Shown here: positions 45,791 through 52,956 of the stretch, piece by piece | Layout of the letters: every line of letters begins with the position of its first letter | Numbering within the stretch: position 1 is the first letter of the stretch | From: Frankiales bacterium | GTDB lineage: Bacteria > Actinomycetota > Actinomycetes > JAWWOL01 | Direction: 5' to 3' | NCBI GenBank assembly: GCA_033851655.1 | Contig: JAWWOM010000146.1 | Coordinates: 1-52,956 of the forward strand | DNA length: 52,956 nt | Position numbers and translations under genes: made by a program | The notes under the pieces: generated by a model | Database searches by the model: none | What the model was told of the DNA's origin: nothing | The model's input: the letters and a program-made list of their open reading frames with translations, nothing else

Positions 45791-46780
45791 TCAGGACTGC
45801 GACGATCCTCGTACGACCAGGGTGGTCGGCAGCACCTGCGAGGGTGCCCCGGCGGCGTCGCCGCTGAGATGGGCGAGCAGCATCGACGCAGCCGCCCGGC
45901 CCATCTCGTGCAGCGGCTGGCGGACGCTGGTCAGGTCGTGCTGCGCCGCAAGGGGCACGTCGTCGAAGCCGACCACGGCGACGTCGCCGGGGATCGAGCG
46001 CCCCGCCTCGCGCAGCGCCTCGAGGGCGCCGACCGCTGAGATGTCGTTCTCGGCGAACACGGCGTCGAGCGCGAAGCCCTCGGCCATGGCGCGCTGGACC
46101 GCCGCTCGCCCTGATGCCGCGGTGAAGTCGCCGGTGACCGCGTACGGCGAAAGACCCGCGGCCTCGTACACCTCGCGGAAGCCGGCGGTCCGCTCCTGGC
46201 AGCAGCCGAACTGTTCCGGGCCGGTGATGACCAGGGCTCTGGAACGGCCGAGCGACAGCAGATGCCTTGCTGCATCGGCAGATCCGGCCCGGTTCGTGGT
46301 CGAGACCGACGGGAAGCGTGGCCCAGACTCGCCCTCGCGATCGTCGATGACGACGATCGGCCGGCTGCGCGTGTGCAGGCTGCCGATGTAGTCCAGGGTG
46401 CCCTCCTGGCTCACCACCAGGATGCCGTCGAAGGTCGAGGCGCGCAGGTGCTCCGAGAACCGCTGCAGCGACTCGTCCTCCCGGTTGCAGCTGAAGACCA
46501 CCAGCCCGTAGTTCTCCGTGTCGAGCACCTCGATCGCGCCGGGCAGCACGCCGGCGACCCACGGCCAGGCCAACGACGGCACGAGCAGCCCGAGCACCCC
46601 GGTACGGCCCCTGCCGGAGGCGACACCCCGTGCGCTGGGCCGGTAGCCCATGTCCGACATCGCCTTGCGCACCCGGCTGGCCGTGGCCTCGTGCAGCTCA
46701 CCACGGCCGTTGAGCACCCGCGACACGGTGGTCTTGCTGACCCCCGCGTGCGCTGCGACATCGGTGATCGTGACGCGCAA
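45791..46780 (-). CDS. LacI-family transcriptional regulator
   Basis: TITDVAAHAGVSKTTVSRVLNG, AVFAEND..A.G, IPGDVAVVGFDD, LTSVRQP; TTG start with GGGAG RBS. Confidence 0.93.
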   Translation of the reverse strand: MRVTITDVAAHAGVSKTTVSRVLNGRGELHEATASRVRKAMSDMGYRPSARGVASGRGRTGVLGLLVPSLAWPWVAGVLPGAIEVLDTENYGLVVFSCNREDESLQRFSEHLRASTFDGILVVSQEGTLDYIGSLHTRSRPIVVIDDREGESGPRFPSVSTTNRAGSADAARHLLSLGRSRALVITGPEQFGCCQERTAGFREVYEAAGLSPYAVTGDFTAASGRAAVQRAMAEGFALDAVFAENDISAVGALEALREAGRSIPGDVAVVGFDDVPLAAQHDLTSVRQPLHEMGRAAASMLLAHLSGDAAGAPSQVLPTTLVVRGSSQS

Positions 46781-46954
46781 GGTCTCCCGCCTTCGACGAA
46801 TTGCGCGGGTCCGCGCCCGCCTGTGCGGGCCCGGCCCACACGAACGCCTAGGCATTGAAACGCGCGCCTGATCACCCCGTCAAGGCGCTGGCTTGCCCAA
46901 GTTCGCCCCAGTTTGAGCAAGCAGTTGGGCCGGGGGCCGTCGCCGTCGACCGGG

Positions 46955-46979
46955 GATTAGCGATCAGTGGTCGGGGAAA
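46955..46979 (+). promoter_or_regulatory. Possible SigB/SigF-type promoter
   Basis: GATT-N15-GGGAAA upstream of ATG 47034. Confidence 0.4.
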
Positions 46980-47033
46980 ACGTCCGATCGCCCGTGCTGA
47001 CTGAGGCGCAGCGTCGCGCCCGAGGAGACCGTC

Positions 47034-47987
47034 ATGACCCCCGCTCCCCGTCCTGAGACCGGCCACCTGGTCGATCTGCTCGCCGGCGTCACCACCGGTC
47101 GCACCTCAGCCGAGGTGCTGGCTGCCCCGGCCGCCGACCGTCGCGATCGTTTCCTCACCCTGCTGGCCATCTACGACCTGCACACCGGGCCGTTGCCCCA
47201 GCTGGGGGAGCGGGCCCGGTTCCAGCACCACCCCGCCGTCGCCGAGGTCAAGAACCGGCTGGAGGCGCAGTGGCTGGCCGAGCTCGACTGCCGGCCGATC
47301 CCGTCCGGGCTGTCGCCCGAACCGGTCGCCGCGATGCGGGCCCTGGCCGCCCGCGACCGGTTGCCGGAACCCTACAAGTGGCTGGCCCGGCAGGCCTCCT
47401 ACGACGAGCTGGTCTGGCTGCTGGCGCTCGAGGGCGGGCCGGACGGCGGCTTCGACGACCTGGTCGCGGTGTGCCAGGTCGGGCTCGACGGGTCGGCCAA
47501 GCTGGAGCTGGCCCACAACTACTGGGACGAGATGGGCAACGGCGACCCCGCCGCCATCCACACCGAGCTGCACCGGCAGCTGTCCCGTGCGCTGCGCTTC
47601 CCGGAGATTCCCCGTGAGGAGCAGCCGGTCGCTGCCCTGGAGCGGTCAGCGCTGGGCGGACTGCTCTCCACCAACCGTTGGCTGCAGCCGGAGATGATCG
47701 GAGCGCTCGGGCTGATCGAGCTCCAGGCCGGCCCGCGCTGCCGGCTGGTGCTGCAGGCTTTCGACCGGATCGGCGTGCCCCGCGGCGCGTACCCGTTCTA
47801 CGAGGTGCACGCAGAGGTCGACCCGCGGCACGGCAAGGACTGGCTCGAGAAGGCGGTCGCGCCGCTCGCCGTCGAGCGGCCGGAGTGGGTTGCCCGGATG
47901 GTCCGCGGTGCCTGGTGGCGGGCCCTGGTCAACGCGGCGTTCTTCGACGCGGCGAGCGCGCTGGTACGGGGCCAGGCGGTGGCCTGA
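47034..47987 (+). CDS. Heme-oxygenase-like diiron oxidase (iron-containing redox enzyme family)
   Basis: NYWDEMG.G....H, G.LGLIE, FYEVHAEVDPRHG; GAGGAG RBS. Confidence 0.85.
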   Translation: MTPAPRPETGHLVDLLAGVTTGRTSAEVLAAPAADRRDRFLTLLAIYDLHTGPLPQLGERARFQHHPAVAEVKNRLEAQWLAELDCRPIPSGLSPEPVAAMRALAARDRLPEPYKWLARQASYDELVWLLALEGGPDGGFDDLVAVCQVGLDGSAKLELAHNYWDEMGNGDPAAIHTELHRQLSRALRFPEIPREEQPVAALERSALGGLLSTNRWLQPEMIGALGLIELQAGPRCRLVLQAFDRIGVPRGAYPFYEVHAEVDPRHGKDWLEKAVAPLAVERPEWVARMVRGAWWRALVNAAFFDAASALVRGQAVA

Positions 47988-48018
47988 GTCGCCGCCCGTC
48001 CCTTCGCCGGTTCGGCCG

Positions 48019-48654
48019 TCAGGCCGACAGCACTGCGCCGTGCAGCCGGGCCAGAGCCTCGGACTCGGCCCGCAGCTTCGCGCCGAGCTCCTTGAACTCG
48101 TCGAGCGCCGGGTTGACGCCGGCGAGGGTGAACTCCGTCTCCACGACGGAGAGGTCGACCTGCCAGACGTCCTGGAGGACCCGGCGGATCCAGCCGGTCG
48201 AGTGGTCCCAGCCGTCCCGGGGAGTGCCGGGCCCATAGCTGCCGCCGCGGACGGTGACCAGCTCGGCCGGCTTGCCCTTGAGGAGCGGCTCGCCCGGGCC
48301 CATCCGCGGGTCGGTGACGACCAGGTCGACGTAGGCCTTGAAGTGCTGGGAGACACCGAAGTTGTAGAGCGGTACGGCGAACAGCAGCGCGTCGGCGCCG
48401 GCCAGCTCGTCGACGAGGGTGGCGGCGAGGGCGGTCGCCGCCTGCTGCTCGTCGGTGAGCTTCTCGGCCGGGGTGAACCGCGCCGACGTGGCGGCGGCCC
48501 AGTAGGTGGCCGGGATCGGCTCGGTGCCGACGTGCCGGCGGACGATCCTCTCGTCGGGGTGGCCGTCCCGCCAGGACTGCTCGACCAGGTCGGCAATCTC
48601 GCGGCTGACCGAGCCTTCGGTACGGATACTGGCGTCGAGGCGGAACAGGGTCAT
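48019..48654 (-). CDS. azoR: FMN-dependent NADH azoreductase / quinone reductase
   Basis: LDAS.R..GSVSR, AVPLYNFG, K...D, RGGSYGPGTPR.GWDH. Confidence 0.88.
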   Translation of the reverse strand: MTLFRLDASIRTEGSVSREIADLVEQSWRDGHPDERIVRRHVGTEPIPATYWAAATSARFTPAEKLTDEQQAATALAATLVDELAGADALLFAVPLYNFGVSQHFKAYVDLVVTDPRMGPGEPLLKGKPAELVTVRGGSYGPGTPRDGWDHSTGWIRRVLQDVWQVDLSVVETEFTLAGVNPALDEFKELGAKLRAESEALARLHGAVLSA

Positions 48655-48696
48655 GGTGCGCTCCTAGGCTCTCAGCTGCTCGTTCCGACGAGGTGA

Positions 48697-48711
48697 CTAG
48701 GTTTTTCCTAG
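48697..48711. promoter_or_regulatory. Palindromic putative HxlR operator
   Basis: CTAGG-TTTTT-CCTAG between the divergent azoR and HxlR genes. Confidence 0.4.
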
Positions 48712-48748
48712 CGACATCTGGAACGGTAGCACGAGGTACGGTGGAGCG

Positions 48749-49081
48749 GTGACGGCCAGCGAGATCGACCACGAACCGGTGCTCTGCGACGCCGCGCTGA
48801 GCCGCGTGTTCGGGTTCCTCGGCAAGCGCTGGAACGGTGTGATCCTGGGCTGGCTCTTCGGCGGGCCGCAGAGCTTCTCCAGCCTGTCCCGCAACGTCCA
48901 CGGCATCAGCGACTCGGTGCTCAGTGAGCGGTTGACCAGTCTCGGCGAGGCCGGACTCGTGGTCCGTACGGTGTGCCCGGGACCGCCCGTCGCCGTGATC
49001 TACGACCTGACGACCCGCGGCCGGGACCTGATGCCGGCGCTCACCGAGCTGATCCGCTGGGCCGACCAGAACCCCTGCTGA
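48749..49081 (+). CDS. HxlR-family winged-helix regulator
   Basis: LGKRWNGVIL, GISD.VLSERL..L...GLV.R, P..V.Y.LT..G..L.P.L..L..W. Confidence 0.92.
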   Translation: MTASEIDHEPVLCDAALSRVFGFLGKRWNGVILGWLFGGPQSFSSLSRNVHGISDSVLSERLTSLGEAGLVVRTVCPGPPVAVIYDLTTRGRDLMPALTELIRWADQNPC

Positions 49082-49113
49082 CTCCCCAAGAGCTCAACCT
49101 CGGCCGCAGGTGC

Positions 49114-49440
49114 CTAGCCGCGGGGGTGGTGCCGTGGTTCGCACGCCTCGGCAGCCAGCAGCTCGGCGAAGGCCACCGGCAGCCGGAACACCCGGGCGAT
49201 CCAACGGGGCGACCGGCCGGTCCTGGCAGCGGCGGCGGCCAGCCGCAGGGACAGGCTGGCGTGGCTGGGGCGCGGGCCGGCTGTTCTCCGGTCGGCGTCC
49301 ATGACGACGAAGATCAGGCAGCCGACGGCGGCGGCCAACGACCCGACGGCAGCGGGCCCGCGCTGCATCTGCGGAACGGTGAGCTGCAGGACGAGGTCCG
49401 AGCCGCCCACCACCAGTCCGACGAGCAGCAGCCAGTGCAC
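49114..49440 (-). CDS. Possible small membrane protein
   Basis: Two hydrophobic segments filling the gap downstream of the LLM gene; no family motif. Confidence 0.3.
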   Translation of the reverse strand: MHWLLLVGLVVGGSDLVLQLTVPQMQRGPAAVGSLAAAVGCLIFVVMDADRRTAGPRPSHASLSLRLAAAAARTGRSPRWIARVFRLPVAFAELLAAEACEPRHHPRG

Positions 49441-49539
49441 GTGATGTCTTCGCCGCGCCTGCAGGTGGGGCCGCATGGGGGCAGCGTACGCCGAGGTCCT
49501 GGCCCCGTGCAGTGCCGACCAGGTCGAGCGGCCCGCCGC

Positions 49540-50559
49540 TCAGCCGAGTCTGGCCGCCCGGCGTTCGGCGAGGGCAGGGATGATGGTCTCCCCGTATGCG
49601 GCAAGCGTTTGCGGCTTGCCGTCGTGCTGGAGATAGACCGCGAACTGGTCCACCCCGAGGTCGGCGAGCTCACGCAACCGGGCAACCTGCAGGTTCGTGT
49701 CGCCGAGGATGCAGAACCGGTCCACGATGTCGTCCGGTACGAAGGCGGTGTGCGTGTTGCCGGCCTGCCCGTGCTCGTTGTAGTCGTAGCCGGTGCGCCC
49801 GGAGATGTAGTCGGTGAGCGCCCGGGGCACCGCAGCGGCGCTGCCGTACCGGGCGACGATGTCGGCGACGTGGTTGCCCACCATGCCGCCGAACCACCGG
49901 CACTGGTCGCGCATGTGCGAGATGTCGTCGCCCACGTAGGCCGGGGCGGCGACGCAGATCTTGACCGACGCCGGGTCGCGGCCGGCCATCTCGGCGGAGT
50001 CGCGGACGCTCTTGATCATCCAGGCCGCGATGTCCGGGTCAGCGAGCTGCAGGATGAACCCGTCGCCCACCTCGCCGGCCAGGGCGAGCGCCTTGGGCCC
50101 GTACGCTGCCACCCAGATGTCGAGCCGGCTGGTGGCGGCCCAGGGCAGCCGGATGTCGCTGCCGCCGTACGGGGCCGCGCGGCCGTTGGCGAGCTCGCGG
50201 ACGACGTGGATGCACTCGCGCAGCGTGGCCAGCGTGCTGGGTCTGCCGTTCACCGCACGCACGGCCGAGTCGCCGCGTCCGATGCCACAGATGGTGCGGT
50301 TGCCGTACATCTCGTTGAGCGTGGCGAAAAGCGACGCGGTGACGGTCCAGTCACGGGTGGCCGGGTTGGTGACCATCGGGCCGACGACGATCTTGCGGGT
50401 CGCAGCCAGCATCGCGCTGTAGATGACGAACGGTTCCTCCCACAGCAGGTGTGAGTCGAACGTCCAGGCGTGGCTGAAGCCGAGCAGCTCGGCCTGCCGG
50501 GCGAGCTCGACGACGCGGGCGGCCGGTGGGGTGGTCTGGAGTACGACGCCGATGTCCAC
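49540..50559 (-). CDS. LLM-class, probably F420-dependent oxidoreductase (TIGR03842-like)
   Basis: WTFDSHLLW.EP, GPMVTNP.TR, CGIGRGDSA, AAYGPK, WFGGMVGNHVAD, YDYNEHG; position after dihydropyrimidinase. Confidence 0.9.
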   Translation of the reverse strand: MDIGVVLQTTPPAARVVELARQAELLGFSHAWTFDSHLLWEEPFVIYSAMLAATRKIVVGPMVTNPATRDWTVTASLFATLNEMYGNRTICGIGRGDSAVRAVNGRPSTLATLRECIHVVRELANGRAAPYGGSDIRLPWAATSRLDIWVAAYGPKALALAGEVGDGFILQLADPDIAAWMIKSVRDSAEMAGRDPASVKICVAAPAYVGDDISHMRDQCRWFGGMVGNHVADIVARYGSAAAVPRALTDYISGRTGYDYNEHGQAGNTHTAFVPDDIVDRFCILGDTNLQVARLRELADLGVDQFAVYLQHDGKPQTLAAYGETIIPALAERRAARLG

Positions 50560-50601
50560 GTCAGCACGCCACGTTCTCGTTGTGCAGCAAGGGATCTCCG
50601 G

Positions 50602-52014
50602 TCATCGAAGGTACTGGGACAGGCCGCGCTGAAGGTATTGCCCGTGACCTAGGCTGCCGGAGAACGCGTGATCGTCGATGATGACCGACCCCCGCGAGAT
50701 CACGGTGTCGACGTGGCCGGCGACCTGGAACCCTTCGTACGCGGAGTAGTCCATGTTCATGTGGTGGGTCTCGACACTGATCGTGGTGCGGCCCGCGGGG
50801 TCATAGAGCACGATGTCGGCGTCGGAGCCGGGCGCGATGACGCCTTTGCGGGGATAGAGACCGAACATGCGGGCCGGCGTCGTGCTGCAGGTCTCGACCC
50901 ATCGCTCGAGGGACAGGTGGCCGTCGACGACTCCCTGGTAGATCAGGTCCATGCGGTGCTCGACACCGCCGATCCCGTTGGGAATCAAGGAGAAGTTGTC
51001 GCGGCCGAGCTCCTTCTGGTCCTTGAAGCAGAACGGGCAGTGGTCCGTGGAGACCACGGCGAGGTCGTCCCGGCGCAGGCCGCTCCACAGGTCGCGGGCG
51101 TGTGGCTCGTGCTTGCTGCGCAATGGTGTGGAGCAGACCCATTTGGCGCCCTCGAAGCCGGGTGCGCCGAGCTGGTCCTCGAGCGTGAGGTAGAGGTACT
51201 GCGGGCAGGTCTCGGCAAAGACGTTGCGACCGGCAGCGCGGGCGGAGGAGACGGCCGCAAGTGCCTGGTAGGCCGAGAGATGCACGATGTAGAGCGGGCA
51301 GTCCGACGCGACGTCGGCGAGGGCGATCGCCCGGGAGGTGGCCTCGGCCTCCAGCGCAGCCGGCCGGGTGAGGCCGTGGAAGACCGGCGCGAGATCTCCT
51401 CTGGCCACGGCCTGCCCGATCAGTACGTCGATCGCGATGCCGTTCTCGGCGTGCATCATGATCATCGCGCCGTTGTCACGGGCGCGCTGCATCGCCCGCA
51501 GGATCTGGCCGTCGTCGCTGTAGAACACCCCCGGGTAGCCCATGAACAGCTTGAAGCTGGTCACCCCCTCCGTGGCGACCAGGGCGTCCATGGCCTTGAG
51601 CGCGTCCTCGTCGACACCACCCAGGATCATGTGGAAGCCGTAGTCGATGGCGCAGTTGCCGGCCGCTTTCTCGTGCCAGGCGGCCAACCCGTCCTGCACC
51701 ACCTCACCGGTGCGCTGGATGGCGAAGTCGATGATCGTCGTCGTGCCACCCCAGGCCGCCGCCGTGGTGCCGGTGGCGAAGGTGTCCGACGCCTCGGTCC
51801 CGCCGAACGGCATCTGCATGTGCGTGTGCACGTCGACGCCGCCGGGGATCACGTACCTGCCGGTGGCATCGATGACGGAGTCGGCCTGAATCCCCTGCAG
51901 CGCAGCAGATCCGCGCGCGTAAAGGGCGACGATGGTTTCACCGTCGATGAGGACGTCTGCGTGGGAGCGGCCGGTCGCACTGACCACCTCGCCGCCGCTG
52001 ATGAGCAGCGTCAC
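50602..52014 (-). CDS. hydA: Dihydropyrimidinase
   Basis: PGGVDVHTHM, AAWGGTTTIIDF, SFKLFM, HAENG, ETCPQYL, STDHCPF, IPNG.GG.E. Confidence 0.95.
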   Translation of the reverse strand: MTLLISGGEVVSATGRSHADVLIDGETIVALYARGSAALQGIQADSVIDATGRYVIPGGVDVHTHMQMPFGGTEASDTFATGTTAAAWGGTTTIIDFAIQRTGEVVQDGLAAWHEKAAGNCAIDYGFHMILGGVDEDALKAMDALVATEGVTSFKLFMGYPGVFYSDDGQILRAMQRARDNGAMIMMHAENGIAIDVLIGQAVARGDLAPVFHGLTRPAALEAEATSRAIALADVASDCPLYIVHLSAYQALAAVSSARAAGRNVFAETCPQYLYLTLEDQLGAPGFEGAKWVCSTPLRSKHEPHARDLWSGLRRDDLAVVSTDHCPFCFKDQKELGRDNFSLIPNGIGGVEHRMDLIYQGVVDGHLSLERWVETCSTTPARMFGLYPRKGVIAPGSDADIVLYDPAGRTTISVETHHMNMDYSAYEGFQVAGHVDTVISRGSVIIDDHAFSGSLGHGQYLQRGLSQYLR

Positions 52015-52850
52015 GGCTTCACCAGGTCCCCGTACATGTCCGGGCGCCGGTCCCGGTAGAAGCCCCAACGGCTGCGGACCGCCTGCAACAAATCCATGTC
52101 CAGGTCCCGTACGACCAGCTCCGGCTTGTAGGCGTCCGCGACCTCACCGACGAAGTTGCCTTCGGGATCGACGAAGTAGGACGTGCCGTAGAAGTCGTCG
52201 TCGCCGAGCTCCTCGACGCCGACCCGGTTGATGGCGCCGACGTAGTACTGGTTGGCGACCGCCGCCGCCGGCTGCTCGAGCTTCCACAGGTAGTTGGACA
52301 GGCCGCGGCTGGTGGCCGACGGGTTGAAGACGATCTGCGCGCCGTTCAGGCCGAGCGCCCGCCAGCCCTCCGGGAAGTGCCGGTCGTAGCAGATGTAGAC
52401 GCCGATCCTGCCCACCGCGGTGTCGAAGACCGGGTAGCCGAGGTTGCCCGGGCGGAAGTAGAACTTCTCCCAGAAACCCTTGACCTGGGGGATCATCGTC
52501 TTGCGGTACTTGCCGAGATAGCTGCCGTCGGCGTCGATGACCGCGGCGGTGTTGTAGAGGACGCCCGGCTGCTCGCGCTCGTACACCGGCAGCACGATGA
52601 CCATGCCGAGCTCGCGGGCGAGGGACTGGAACCGTTCGGTGGTCGGTCCGGGGACCGCCTCGGCATAGCTGAAGTACTGCTCCTCCTGGACCTGGCAGAA
52701 GTAGGGGCCGTAGAAGATCTCCTGGAAGCAGATGACCTGGGCGCCTTGAGCGGCCGCCTCGCGGGCGTACTCCTCGTGCGCCTTGATCATGGACTCCTGG
52801 TCGCCGGTCCACGTCGTCTGGACCAGGGCGGCACGCACCACGTTGCTCAT
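52011..52850 (-). CDS. Beta-ureidopropionase / N-carbamoyl amidohydrolase (nitrilase family)
   Basis: CFQE.F.GPYFC, YNTA.VIDADG..LGKYRK, FWEKFYF.PG, ICYDRHFPE, NPSAT; GTGA overlap with hydA. Confidence 0.93.
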   Translation of the reverse strand: MSNVVRAALVQTTWTGDQESMIKAHEEYAREAAAQGAQVICFQEIFYGPYFCQVQEEQYFSYAEAVPGPTTERFQSLARELGMVIVLPVYEREQPGVLYNTAAVIDADGSYLGKYRKTMIPQVKGFWEKFYFRPGNLGYPVFDTAVGRIGVYICYDRHFPEGWRALGLNGAQIVFNPSATSRGLSNYLWKLEQPAAAVANQYYVGAINRVGVEELGDDDFYGTSYFVDPEGNFVGEVADAYKPELVVRDLDMDLLQAVRSRWGFYRDRRPDMYGDLVKP

Positions 52851-52956
52851 GCAGATCTCCGTTCGACGGCCGTGTCGGACACAGCGTGTAGTGCCGGAAG
52901 ACGGTGCGGCAAGGCTCCTCATGTTAAGTCCCCGGCCGGCCCGGGTGAACAGGTGC

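Noticed and set aside
46891-46922. Imperfect inverted repeat GCTTGCCCAA...TTGAGCAAGC as LacI operator or ncRNA
   Set aside because: Does not resemble a LacI operator with central CG, and nothing else supports an RNA gene.
1-52956. CRISPR arrays, tRNA, rRNA, long tandem repeats
   Set aside because: Intergenic gaps are short and none showed such patterns on manual reading.

Overview
High-GC actinobacterial chromosome segment (roughly 70% GC by eye, not computed) carrying about 50 protein-coding genes. I saw no rRNA, tRNA, CRISPR array, transposase or integrase. From left to right: the 3' end of secA with its usual neighbours (Rv3235-like, LysM, HTH_17, SAF/CpaB-like, CpaE/MinD-like ATPase); a GT20 trehalose-6-phosphate synthase; a DUF222/HNH gene; an AAA+ ATPase; a secreted GH88-CBM32; a PhyH-like dioxygenase; pruA; an atypical NRAMP/PRC-barrel operon; a GT2-Rieske-ACAD-PIG-L-NodS operon; PhzF; a CinA/nucleotidyltransferase-like protein; type III glutamine synthetase; an RCK K+ channel; GAF-ANTAR and GAF-PP2C regulators; MarR; a tightly coupled 9-gene carbamoyltransferase / NDP-heptose (GmhA, GmhB, HldE) / glycosyltransferase operon; ALDH; GH2 and LacI; a heme-oxygenase-like diiron enzyme; AzoR/HxlR; and a reductive pyrimidine catabolism operon with an F420-type LLM enzyme. 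The best candidate for an undescribed system is a stress-sigma (SigB/SigF-type) controlled pathway making a carbamoylated heptose glycoconjugate. It belongs to a dispersed regulon whose promoters are readable in the sequence, four of them with ATG exactly 10 nt after the -10 box. Other signals: a probable ATC start codon, about one CGTACG palindrome per kb, a DnaA-box pair, a PafBC-type promoter and a GlnR box. All calls come from motif recognition by eye; no database searches were run.
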